Under the pieces are notes generated by a model. The model was not told the origin of the DNA. It did no database searches and saw only the letters and a list, made by a program, of their open reading frames with translations. Shown piece by piece: positions 27,928-39,534 of a DNA stretch of 64,000 nt. Each line of letters opens with the position of its first letter. Within the stretch, counting starts at the first letter, position 1. This DNA is from the human T2T-CHM13v2.0 reference genome, Homo sapiens: assembly GCF_009914755.1 (NCBI RefSeq), contig NC_060930.1; one strand, written 5' to 3'. The position numbers were made by a program, and so were the translations under genes.

Positions 27928-28333
27928 TTTTAAGCAGGCTGATACTATAATTGTTTTAGCCAATGGCCTCTTCATCCTTCAAATAATGAGGTTCTAGGCA
28001 AATACACTCTGATTCTCAGCCAATGATTTCGTATCTATGAAAAGTGTGTCATAATTTGAAATAAGAGCCAATGTTTCAGCCATTTAAAAGTAATCAATAA
28101 CCCATATAACTACAAATAGAGGCTTCTGGTGCATTCCATTGATATTACTGTCAAAAACATTGGATGCTTTCTTAAGCAAACTTCTGCAAATTATGGCTAG
28201 ATAAAAACATATGATCACCACTATGATTATTAATATATGAATGTGGCTTGATTCCTTTATTACTATCTTGAGAGGCGTAAGTAATACTACACTAGAGCCA
28301 CTCTTCGCAGCAGCATCACCCAGCGCCAGGTCT
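27928..28333 (-). pseudogene. Fossil exon 13 (phase 0 to 1)
   Basis: ggtttctctgcag| ... A|gtaatt; RPGAG*CCCEEWL*CSITYASQDSNKGIKPHSYINNHSGDHMF...HTFHRYEIIG*ESECICLEPHYLKDEEAIG*NNYSISLLK; stop-rich (about 10, mostly TGA) but third-position T bias is clear. Confidence 0.45.
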
Positions 28334-29884
28334 CTGCAGAGAAACCATGAATTAGGGGTTCTCTCTTACATGAACAATGTCGGTTAAGTGCTCACATTTC
28401 AGGTGAAATGTGTGTTAGTGCAAAAGTGTTGCCTGATGTCTCCCACCTGGAAACAAGAAATACTCAGGAGTCATTCCCATCCGTCTCGTGCTGAGTTTTA
28501 CAATAATAAGGTAATGTCTTTAAGATCTCTGAGGTTTCAGGAGAAAGGCACACTGGGAGAATGGCTGTTATTATTTCCGAGACCTCCCGTCTCGAGCTAG
28601 CTTAAAGGCTAAGGGTCCCGAGGTGGTGCTGTAATAGCAGCTCTAATAATGTACAGTTACAGCACATCTCATGTGAGGTGCTCCGAAGACATTATACACA
28701 TTTATTCATTAAAGCTGAACACACCCCAGAGATAGGTTAACTGCTATGATACTCCTTTATGCCAAAGTAAATGAAAACAGAGGGGGAAGAGAGTCAGCCA
28801 AGATCGTATGATGAACCTGTGGTACAATGGGAACAACGATGGTGCTCTCAAGTTCCCTAGTGACTCGGTGAAAAGTCTTGCCACATTTGGCATGAGTGTC
28901 TACCTGTACGTAGTATGCTTGCTTAATTTTACTTCATCTTGTTCTAGAAATAACTGAAGAACATGTACAAATATATTCAATACAGCTAGATAACATAAAT
29001 GGAAAGTAAGTTTTTAGGGAAAAAGACCCAAGGAAAGTAAGGATATAAAAATGAGATGAAACCTGGGATGAAGTACAGTTTGTGTTTTCTGTGAATTATG
29101 TTTGGCAAATACTCTCTTCACAAATAAATTGTGTATAAAGGGAAACAAATAGCCTCAGTTTCCCTTATCTGTGTGCCTTGGGAAGAAAGTTTTGCATGTT
29201 ATGGGAAAGAAAGGGCTAGAGAAAACATCAAAGCTTTGTAAAATTAGACTTCAATCCAGTTTGCTGAGTGGAAGATAAAAACAGTATTATTAGGGCTCAA
29301 GAGCCCCTCAATCTAGTGGTGCCTCTGCTAAAGTGCAAACCTAAGAACAGTACATCTCCCCACCATCTGGAGGGGTGAACATCAGAGACAATGAGAAAAA
29401 CTAAGAGGAACAATGGGCAGTGGCAGCAGAGGGACTTGGTGCTCTAAATCCTGAAAGAGGTTGGAGGTCATGGGTGAATTAGTGCCACAAATAAGGCAGT
29501 GATGCATGGTCTGGGCAGAGTTTATGGGAACAGGGGTATTTTGCAACAGCATGGACAGCAGCCCATGGGCAAACATAGTGCCCGTGGCATAGTGCTGCCT
29601 ACGTGTGTGGCAGCATCAACACAGGTGAGCAAAGGGTCAGTCTGAGCCACGGCTTTAGAGCTGCAACCAGATGTGAGATGGTGCTCCCCTCTGCTACTCC
29701 CACTTCATCCGTCACCTCCGATCTCATTTTTCAGCCCCCAGCCTCTTTTGTAATAAGATTTTTGAAAGACACAGTATATTCTCATTGGATTGGTATAGCT
29801 TAAACACAATGCTTTCCTGGGGTAATCAACTTCTAAACCTTTCCTTTAGTACTATACTAATATTATGAGAGGGTTTTCTAAATT

Positions 29885-29885
<1 letters not shown>

Positions 29886-29929
<44 letters not shown>
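29886..29929. repeat. (GT)22 microsatellite
   Basis: Perfect dinucleotide run. Confidence 0.98.
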
Positions 29930-29933
<4 letters not shown>

Positions 29934-30357
29934 CTGTTGTTCCTTACAGTCCTGATCTAGTACATGCAGGCAAATTCTTACATGTGGTGGTACATGAATG
30001 GACAAAACCTGGACATTAGGTGGAAACTTCAGGTCATGTAGTATTTAGAGAAAATCAGCTTGAAGCCCATTCTATGCCCCCATGGAAGTCCAAAAATATC
30101 GCAATTATCCCTGCACATGTACTGGGGCTTTATCTGCCTTCGCTGGATTAGGTTGGGTGAGGGATCATCATGTTCTCTCACACGTGCTGTCTGTTTGGCA
30201 TGATTTTACCAGATGTGAAATTCAGCCGCAGTTTTCTCAGAACATTCACCAACTCACAAAGAACTTTGGAAATAGTCAAGTTGGCCAATGTTTTTTTGAG
30301 AGTTTACATTCCAAGATCAAGCTATTTCAAATTGAACACTAAAAATTTCTACTCGTG

Positions 30358-30499
30358 TATTCATTCATTCATTCATTCACTCTTTTCTATAAAAAACATT
30401 AAATCCTTACATTGTGCCGGGCACAGCTCATGGTGCTTGGGAGTTATCAGTGAAAAAAACTGACAAACATCCCTGCTCTCATGGAGATGAAATTATAGC
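30358..30499 (-). mobile_element. L2 3' end (inside fossil exon 12)
   Basis: (ATTC)n tail then tgtgccgggcac...cagtgaa...gacaaacatccctgctctcatggag. Confidence 0.8.
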
Positions 30500-30726
30500 A
30501 GATATTTGCACCAAGCTACCATATATCCTCAGAGGTTTTCCCTGGCTGCCTCCTCTGTGACAGGCTCTAATCTCCCCAAATTTTTTCTATCTCTTCTCTT
30601 CCGTCACTTTTCAGAAATAAAAATAAAGTCCTCTCAATTTTCTCTTAATGTGATGCATTGACTTTTGAACCCAGGTTTTCAAGTTTCCTAAGTGATACCC
30701 TAACTACTGTGTTAAAATATTTTCTT

Positions 30727-31036
30727 TCTTTCTTTCTTTTTTTTTTTTTTTTTTGAGACAAGGTCTTGCTCTGTTGCTCAGGGTGGAGTGCAGTGGCGCA
30801 ATCTCAGCTCACCGCAAACTCCGCCTCCCTGGTTCAAACGATTCTTCTGCCTTAGGCTCCTGAGTAACTGGGATTACAGGCGCATGCCACCATTCCTGGC
30901 TAATTTTTCTATTTTTTATAGAGAAGGGGTTTTGCCATGTTGGCCAGGCTGGTCTCAAACTCCTGACCTCAAGTGATTCACCTGCCTCGGCCTCCCAAAG
31001 TGCTGGGATTACAGGTGTGAGCCACCGTGCCTGGCC
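30727..31036 (-). mobile_element. AluSx/Sz (inside fossil exon 12)
   Basis: ctcctgacctcaagtgat; TSD aaatattttctt at 30715-30726 and 31039-31050. Confidence 0.95.
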
Positions 31037-31410
31037 TGAAATATTTTCTTAATCAAAGACAGTTGCTTCCTTGTGAATATATCAGAAGGGAAAAAATATT
31101 TTATCATCTCTGTTAGTAGGATATAAACAGTTTAAGTTGTTAGATATTCATTAATAGGAGAAGAAATCTCTTATGGTACCCATGCATAATTTTAAATATT
31201 ACTGGGAGATCAACTGCTCATCTGTAAAGTTTTCATGTTTGAGTCTCACTGCTTCCCCCAATCCAGTCAGGATGGCAGGCACACTGCATAAAAGCCCTTC
31301 CAGGGACTACAGTAGGGAAATGATTACATTTTACCATGTTCAGAATAGCAATCTGAGAGATGATGATCAGCTCACAGAGACTCTCTGTGAGTATTATCTA
31401 TGAACCTCAC

Positions 31411-31723
31411 ACCAAGGCTATGTATGTGGGTCAAATACTCTCTGGTTTCATTTCATGTGTTTCATTCCGTGTGTTACCACTCAGCACCATCAGTATTCAC
31501 TTCATGAATAATTTTAGCAGTTTAAAAAAATTTTCATAAATATAATGGCCTTTAAAAGGTGGTCCATGAATAAGCAATCCATCTACTTTCCAATGACCCT
31601 GGTAGTTCAGCATGTGAGCCACCAGAAATTTTGGTGTTTACATCCAAGAATGACTAAATTTGTCATAGATCAGTTGGATAAATGAATGTCAAACAGCAAC
31701 CCAATGTCCACACAGAGTGAGCC
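31411..31723 (-). pseudogene. Fossil exon 11 (phase 2 to 0; frame ambiguous)
   Basis: catttcctaatcag| ... GGT|gtgagg; AHSVWTLGCCLTFIYPTDL*QI*SFLDVNTKISGGSHAELPGSLESRWIAYSW...; a competing frame LTLCGHWVAV*HSFIQLIYDKF... has fewer stops. Confidence 0.5.
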
Positions 31724-31924
31724 CTGATTAGGAAATGTATGTACCAAAATAAACGTAAGTATTGTATTTAAAAAAACACCAGAAAAATAAATGGTCTAAA
31801 AACCGTGGATATCACTTGATGGATATTTTAAAATTTAATCTTCTGTCAAAGAAATAGTTTTCCACAATACAGAAGTCTATGAGATCTGAGATGAGAAAAA
31901 CAAAATGAAAATAACAAAACAATT

Positions 31925-32505
31925 TGCTTTTAGCACAATTCACAATTACAAAGATATGGAATCAACCGAAGTGCCCAACCAATGAATGGATAAAGAAAAT
32001 GTGTGTGTGTGTGTGTGTATGTATATACACATATATGTGTATATATATAATATATGTGTGTATATATATACACATATGTGTGTGTATATATATATACATA
32101 TATATGTGTGTGTGTGTGTATATACACACACGATGGAATACTACTCATCCATAAAAAAGAATGAAATAGTGTCTTTTGCAGCAAGTTGGATGGAACTAGA
32201 GACTGTTATCCTAAGTGAAGTAACTAAGGAATGAAAAACCAAATACCACATGTTCTTGCTTACAAGTGAGAACTAAGATATGGGTATGTAAGGGCGTACA
32301 GAGTGGTAATAACGGACATTGGACATTGGAGACTCAGAAGGTGGGAGAGTGGGAAGGAGGGTGAGAGATGAAAAATTGCCTGTTGGGCACAATGTCCACT
32401 CTTTGGGTAATGGGTACTCTAAAAGCCCAGACTGTACCACTATATGATTCATCCATGTAACCAAAAACCATTTGTACCCTTAAAGTTATTGAAACAAAAA
32501 AGATT
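31925..32505 (+). mobile_element. 5'-truncated L1PB-type 3' end with a compound (TG/TA/CA)n run at ~32000-32131
   Basis: tggaatcaaccgaagtgccc... L1PB-type 3'UTR catccatgtaaccaaaaacc. Confidence 0.85.
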
Positions 32506-32637
32506 TTTTTAAGCTCAGTTTGCTTTTGAAAGAAAAACTCCAGGCAAATTTAGTAAATCTAAGGAAATATAATTGTCAACATTCCTAGGTAAATTATCAT
32601 CAGTTAAAAACCACTATCCTAATTGGAGAAGGCTCAC

Positions 32638-33054
32638 CTAGACCTGACAATTCATGTACACAAGATAGGCCCTTCTGGAAATGGGAAAATGCGTTGAGGT
32701 GGAGTTTATTGGTGAGTCAACGAAGGAAGGATTATTTGTTGCCTAAGAGTGTTGGGCAATTGTTGAAGAAGACCCAAGGGTCCAGTCTTTAATGCAGAAA
32801 AAGGTAGAGGTATCAATTCCTAAAGGCTGAGCAGGAGGACATGCATTAATAATGTGACAAGGGCCGTCATAAGGAGGGAAATTCTTCTACATGGAGCATT
32901 GCAAGGATGGAGCTCTGATGAGAGAAAATTTCTTGAAGTAGGAATATAATCAGCTCCATCTTACAGATTACCATCCCTATGCAGTAGATACAATGGGTCA
33001 TTAGTTCTTTCTAACTTTCCCCAATTATCTGTCCCTTAAGAAGGTGGAAAGATC
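32638..33054 (-). pseudogene. Fossil exon 10 (phase 2 to 2)
   Basis: ttggtttctttcag| ... AG|gtgagc; IFPPS*GTDNWGKLERTNDPLYLLHRDGNL*DGADYIPTSRNF...TPPQRIFPFPEGPILCT*IVRS. Confidence 0.55.
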
Positions 33055-33212
33055 CTGAAAGAAACCAATCTCTATTACTTTCTTATGCTCAAGAGAAGAT
33101 GGAAAACAGACAACTTTCTGATTTGAATAATATGGTCTCTGGCATCTATGAAGGTTTTCCAGAGATGCCAGATGATTCCATAACAAAAGTAAAATAAATA
33201 ACAACAACAAAC

Positions 33213-33840
33213 CTCTTTTGATTAAATCTCACTTTCATTAGCTTTTTCTTTGCTCTCCCAGTGAGGAAATGGGACTAGGGTTCACTGAACTGCAAGAGGA
33301 TTCTTCTGTGACACCAATAAGTGTGAGGAATCAACTTAGAAATTTTAAATTGAATTAGCATATAGCAGTTACTGTATGCCATGCATAGTTCTAAGGGTTT
33401 TATGAACATCAACTCATTGAATACTTATGAAAGTCTATGAGGTAAACACTACTATTTCTAAGGGCAGACTGTTGTTCAAGTAGAGTCAGAAACCCAGCTG
33501 TGGATTATCCGCTGCGTGTCTTTTTGGGTCTAGTGATAGGAACTCTCCGTGCTGGTCAACTGTAAGGAGCTTAGGCCAGCATTATCGCCTAGTGGATGCC
33601 CCTCAGGAAAGGTGCCTCCCTGGCCATTCTCTCCTGTCTGCAAAGCCTACAAACTGCCAAAACCAACATAGTGTGAGGTCTCAAGAAGTGAAAACATCTC
33701 AATAAATGAGTTGTTCTTCCTGTGTAGAGAAAATAGTCATCTTGGGGGTGTTGATTAAAGATTTTCCCAAATTTCCTAAGGTGAGGGTTTTTGTGGAGCA
33801 GAAGAAATTAGGAATTCATCTGGGGGCAAACACAGAGGCC
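33213..33840 (-). pseudogene. Fossil exon 9 (split by a MIR at ~33355-33460, or two exons)
   Basis: ctttctctccatggctcttag| PLCLPPDEFLISSAPQKPSP*EIWENL*STPPR*LFSLHRKNNSFIEMFSLLETSHYVGFGSL*ALQTGENGQGGTFPEGHPLG...; ends KKKLMKVRFNQK AG|gtttgt. Confidence 0.5.
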
Positions 33841-33959
33841 CTAAGAGCCATGGAGAGAAAGAAGGGCTTCTACCTCTCTCCTCTGCTACTATTATTAACA
33901 GTTCCATCATCATTCTCATTTTCACCACTTTCACACTCCTTTTGTCAATCATAATTTTT

Positions 33960-34430
33960 AAAACTTAAAAAGAAAGAGGAAAGGGAAAAGAAAAGTCAAG
34001 GCAATAGAGGTTTAGAGAAAAAATTTAACATAAAAATTTAGATTGAAAAAACAAGAATAAAGTAAAAGTACGTATAAGAGAATTAAAATTCCAGTAGAAC
34101 AAAATGTTGAGTTTGAAAGTAAGATTAAACAAATGAGATTTAAAAGATAAAAAGTGGATCATTAAAATTATAAAACTATAGAAGATTAAAGAATAAGATA
34201 AAATACTTAAACCCATCAGATAAAATTTCAATATAAAAATAGATAAAACTAAGGATTAGTAGGAATTAATCACTAAGTAGGAAAAAAATTAAGGCATTGA
34301 AATTAAAAATAAAGAGGATTAGAGGAAAATATGTTAAGAAGAAATTAGAGAACTATAGAAGAAAATAAGAAAGGAAAAAAATTTTCTCTGAGCAGTTAAG
34401 AAATGAGTCTTGTTTAAAATGTAGATACAT
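33960..34430 (+). mobile_element. A-rich HAL1/L1M remnant
   Basis: Extremely A-rich, L1 ORF1-like composition; few diagnostic motifs. Confidence 0.35.
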
Positions 34431-34497
34431 TGGGACAACATCCTTTCTAAGTGCACAAGGAGGAAGGGAATATTGGGATAAGTTGCTCTTTGGCCAG

Positions 34498-34850
34498 TGA
34501 TATGGTTTGGCTGTGTCCATACCCAAATCTCATCTTGAATTGTAGCTCCCATAATTCCCATGTATTGTGAGAGGGACTTGGTGGGAGGTAATTGAATCAT
34601 GGGGGCAGTTTTCCCCATACTGTTCTCATGGTAGTGAATAAGTCTCATGAGATCTGATGATTTTATTTCCCCTTTCACTTGGTTCTCATTCTCTCTTGTC
34701 TGCCGCCATGTAAGATGTGACTTTCACCTTCTTCTATGATTGTGAGGCCTTCTCAGCCATGAGGAACTGTGAGTCCATTAAACCTCTTTTTCTTTATAAA
34801 TTACCCAGTCTCTGGAATGTCTATCAGCAGCATGAGAACAGACTAATACA
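34498..34850 (+). mobile_element. THE1B-like solo LTR
   Basis: tgatatggtttggctgtg...gactaataca; TSD gccag at 34493-34497 and 34851-34855. Confidence 0.95.
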
Positions 34851-35379
34851 GCCAGAAACTCGAACTCCAAAGAGACTCCTCTAAACTGTGCCAGATATGC
34901 CAAATATCAAGTCTCCTTCACACATACAGAGCTGGGGCACTCCTGAGCTTTCTCTGCCTGATCCTAAGACATTTCATTTTTCTTTGTGTCACCTACTAAA
35001 GTGATCTGCTCTTTATTCAAGGCAGAGTCCTTAAGTCTCATGAATAGAAATTGTAGACTACTAAAGAACATGGTGGACATCAAAGAATCTGAGTCATGAG
35101 CAACAATCAAATAATAACAAATTATGTTTTCTATTAAATCTTTTTTCTGTGATTTATAAATTTACATTAGTGAAAAATACTTTTTTAATGGTCAGTGATC
35201 CCGACCATTAAATACAGTAGGTATTTCACAGTTACCATTTTTACCATGATGTCATTGATGAAGTTGTTTCATGTATTCTTGAAATATTGTGTTGTGGACA
35301 TGAACGCTGGAGGGCCTTGACATCAGACCTAGGGCAGGACACAGGAACAAGGGAGGCTGGCTGACTCAGATCTCCCCCA

Positions 35380-35810
35380 CGGCTATGTCTGTGCTTCCTT
35401 CCCTTTTTAGGAGCTTCATTCTTTCTTCCTCAGCTGCTCTCCATTTCACAAGCATGAGAGCCAGATGGAAGTTCCTCTGCCCAACCTGCCTGGTTAGCAA
35501 CAGTGACTGGTTTAAGAGTAAGTATGCACCTTTGCAGAGTCAGTCACGTAGAACCTCACCTACTAACCTGCAGATTGGTCCAGGAAGTGAGAACGTGACC
35601 TAAACCAGGCAATCAGAGGCTTTCCATGAGATTTTCCTAATCTGAGCCAGAGGGGAGAAGTACTTGGATGCCAAGACTCCTCGAGAAGTGCTTGAGGAGA
35701 GAAAGTTGAGAAAATGAAACCAAACATAAAGAGCTAAACCATGAGGAGTCCTGCCCAGCCTCTGAGCTGTCCATCACGAGGTCATGACTGCTCTCCTATT
35801 TTTGCAATCA
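35380..35810 (+). mobile_element. Old ERVL/MaLR LTR (LTR16/33 or MLT1K-like)
   Basis: gattggtccagg...gtgacctaaaccaggcaatcagag motif. Confidence 0.4.
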
Positions 35811-36249
35811 ATAACGGCAAATACTTTCTGCCCCTGCAGCTATCCTCAAAGAGTGGTGTCCAAAAGCAGGGTGGCTTAAGTCCTCATTTAATGAGAAAAT
35901 TCTTTTATTAATAGCATATTTTTAGGTCTTTTGCTAAACTAGGAGAAACTAGCTTGTGTTGGTATGTGTTAAGTAGATGTACTAATCTTGTAATTTATAC
36001 TCTTCCCCAAACTCCAGGATCCACTGCATAAATAAGTTTCTCATGCCAGATTTATTTCTTTCATAAGAAATATATATTTTTTTCTCTCAGTGCCCCACTA
36101 TCACCATTTAGGCTCTAAAATATCTGAGAGATTTGCCCCATGTACATTTGATTCCCAGCTGCTAACCTGGAATTTTGTTCTAGGAGTTTGTGAAGACTAT
36201 TTTCCAACCACCTGTATAATGCAATTATTTCAAAAAGGTACCAGAGAAG

Positions 36250-36526
36250 CCTGACTGCTTGAGTTGAGCCATGGGTCTTTTGTCCTCAGACTGAGATTTA
36301 TACCATTGCCTGCCCTGGTTCTCTGGCCTTCAGACTTGCACCCAATTATACCACTGGCTTTGCTGAATCTCCAGTTTGCAGATGGCAGATCCTGGGACTT
36401 CTCAACTTCTATAATTGCAGGAGCCATAGATATAGATATAGATATAGATATAGATATAGATATAGATATAGATATAGATAGAGATGGATAGAGATATCTC
36501 TAACATCTACCTATCTACCCATCCAC

Positions 36527-36582
<56 letters not shown>

Positions 36583-36617
36583 ATATTGCTTCTGTTTCTC
36601 TGGAGAACTCTAATACA
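36250..36617 (+). mobile_element. MLT2 LTR fragment with (GATATA)n at 36427-36480 and (TCTA)n at ~36531-36580
   Basis: tctccagtttgcagatggcagatcctgggacttctc...ttctgtttctctggagaactctaataca. Confidence 0.85.
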
Positions 36618-36660
36618 ACCACTAAAAAACATAAAGTGTTGTCAATTGAAGTATGATAAG

Positions 36661-36975
36661 AATCGGCAAGCCTTATCTGTAAATGATGATAGTAAATATT
36701 TTAGGCTTTAAGGTCCACAAGGTCTCTATTATAATGGCTGAATCCTGCCATCGCAGCAAGAAAGCAACTGTAGGCAATATGTAAACAAATGGCTATGGCT
36801 GTGTTCCTATAAAGCTTTAATTGTGGACATGGAAATTTGAATTTCATGTAACTTTTACATGTTATAAAACTATTTTTCTTTTTTTTTTTTGTAACTGTAA
36901 AAAATGTACAAACCAGTCTTAGCGCTAGAGCCATACAAAAGCAGGTGGTCAGCTAGATTTGATCGACAGGACGTT
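36661..36975 (-). mobile_element. MER58B (hAT-Charlie)
   Basis: gatagtaaatattttaggcttt...atggctgtgttcctataaagcttt...gccatacaaaagcaggtgg. Confidence 0.8.
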
Positions 36976-36984
36976 ATGGTTTCT

Positions 36985-37070
36985 TATCATGTTAATTACA
37001 AGATGCATCCATATTTCAGAGTTGTTAGAATGCAGAGATATGTGCGTCTTAGATTGAATGTGATAGTGCA
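36985..37070 (-). mobile_element. MER104-like (Tc2) fragment
   Basis: aagatgcatcc...tttcagag...atgtgcgtcttaga. Confidence 0.55.
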
Positions 37071-37150
37071 GTATTACAGAATCCTAGGTCTTTTGGATTC
37101 CCTGGGTTTTAACATCTATAATGTATCCCCACAATGCTTTGCCACTTAAC

Positions 37151-37413
37151 CTTTGGCAATCAACAAGGATCATTGGTGAGCATACAGTCTGTCCTTTCTG
37201 GAACACAGTGAGAAGTGGACATGGAATGGAGAAGGCTGAGAAGAAAGTTAGAGGGAATTGAGGTGTATGGGGCAGTCTTTTGGGATCTGAATGTTCAGAG
37301 AATAATGAGGCATGCCATTTGTATAGCACTTTAAATTCCATAAAATCTATGTATATACATTGTTTTATTGAATTTTCCCCATGGATCTGTGAAGTACCCA
37401 TTGTAGAAATTAG
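37151..37413 (-). pseudogene. Fossil exon 8 (donor and phase unresolved)
   Basis: gtttttctgttctgcag|; NFYNGYFTDPWGKFNKTMYIHRFYGI*SAIQMACLIIL*TFRSQKT...; a second frame is also open (ORF track 37084..37401). Confidence 0.5.
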
Positions 37414-37809
37414 CTGCAGAACAGAAAAACATACATGTGAATGAATTATAACTGGGAAAAGGTAGACCCTAACATTGTCTTTTGACCATACAACTGTTCT
37501 TCCTTATTCAAAAAGCTTATATTCAGTGAGTGTTTCTAAGGGTGAAAGTTAACCATGATTCAGGAGACAATCATGGTTGTATTGTCACAGCCTTTCTCTT
37601 TCAGTTTCCTTACAGTATTGCCTTCAGCAGAACCTACTGCCTCTTAGCAATATTAGTACAAAGGCATTTGCAAGGCACCTTATGGGCATATCTGAGCCAA
37701 AATGCCGCTGGTTTGTTAATTAAATTTAAACATTTTGACATGCATCTCTGATTTCACTTCCTTGTTCTGTTTCACTTCTCTTCCTCTTTTGAGCCAAGTA
37801 ATAAATGCA

Positions 37810-38030
37810 ATGAAAGTAACATGGACTTTGAACTCAGTGGGATTTGAATCCAGATGTGCTGTTTATTAGTTTGTGACTCTCAGCAAACTACCTAATCGTA
37901 CTGAATGCTTTCATTATTCTCATTTTAAAAAAGGGAATAGTATTACCAACATTATGGAAGTTATCAGTGAGGTGTTACACATAATGCCCATAGAAACATG
38001 CCTACCCCATAGTAGTATGTGTTAGCTATC
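37810..38030 (+). mobile_element. MIR
   Basis: ggactttgaactcag...gatttgaatcc...tttattagtttgtgact core. Confidence 0.7.
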
Positions 38031-38987
38031 ATTGTAAGCATTGAATGGAGTCATGTATAAAATACCCAAAAAGGCATCTGATGCATGATAGATAATCCCT
38101 TAACCATAGAGAAAGCAAGATTCTCTCTATATGGATTCTCCAGGGTCACCTTTTTTATCTAATTTGAAATGTTGCACCCCCTCTTTTCGAACACACAAAA
38201 TATGACTGAATAACATGATCCTGGTCACTCAAGTTGTTTTTTGTTGAGTTTCTTTATCTTCATTTTCTCATTTCTACTAAAGGCTGTGTAGTATAGAAAT
38301 TACAAGCTCATACCTACCCTTTATAAAATTAATCAATGATTTACTTTCCCAATAAAACTGTATCTTTTTTCTTTATATATTTCCACTTTATTTCTTTATA
38401 TTTATAATTGTATTAACTTCCCTCTTAAAGACTGATTGTTTATCTCCTCATATAAGTACATTTTGATACCTGCAACCTGAATGAATATTTCTTTGCCTTT
38501 CATCTCACTGGGTCTCTCAGCAGCATTGGACAATGTTGGCATCTTCTTGCCTTTTGAATTATTCTCTTTCCTTATATTCCACAATTCCTCTATTTTCCTC
38601 ATACCTATCTCTCTCTTCCATCTGTGTTGCCCTTGCAGGCTCCTTCTTCTCTATCAAACTATTAAATATGTCAGTATTTCAAGGTTCTTCCTAAGCCATC
38701 TCCTTTCCTCATCAAAATTTTTTTGGCAGCTAATTTTCTTTACTTTTTCAATTTAATATTTCTGTTATTGTCTTCCCTATCCTTCCAGTTATCCAAGATA
38801 AAATTTCAACCCAGTCTGTCTCCTTCTTTCCCAGATCATTCTTTTGATAGTGTGCCCTTGTTACATATTTGTGGAATGGATAAATGATATAACCTCTCAC
38901 ACGACAGATTGGATTGGACACTTAAAAATCTTCATGATTTAGTTCCTACAAACCTTTTCTCCCCACAGGAATGCTATATTCCAATAA

Positions 38988-39338
<351 letters not shown>

Positions 39339-39534
39339 TCCTTTTTTTCTTAAATAAAGACTGGAAGCCAATAGCATGTGGTGAGAACTTAAAAGAGTCA
39401 TTACTAGGATGGACATTTGATAGCCTTTTATGTTAATAAGAATACAACCATTAAGTGATGAAGTAGTGCCATCCTTGATCTTCCAGATCAAAAAGCAAAA
39501 GAGAAAAAGATAAACAGCAGCAAAACTCTTCTTT

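Larger units (their letters stand above)
29982..31306 (-). pseudogene. Fossil exon 12 (phase 0 to 0), interrupted by an AluS and an L2
   Basis: tttccctactgtag| SLEGLLCSVPAILTGLGEAVRLKHENFTDEQLISQ*YLKLCMG...; frame continues across the Alu after removing one TSD copy; ends LHDLKFPPNVQVLSIHVPPH|gtaaga; one frameshift needed near 30160. Confidence 0.65.

Noticed and set aside
28085-28332. 82-codon open frame with a transmembrane-like ILIIIVVIICFYLAII
   Set aside because: Better explained as a shadow of third-position T bias, though I cannot exclude it as the true frame.
28904-28943. 40-nt AG...GT mini-exon (QDEVKLSKHTTY)
   Set aside because: Overlaps sequence resembling an L4/RTE-X 3' end, and its phase fits only the shadow frame.
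36427-36580. Regular short repeats giving a DIDIDI ORF
   Set aside because: Simple microsatellites within MLT2; no spacers, so not CRISPR-like or coding.
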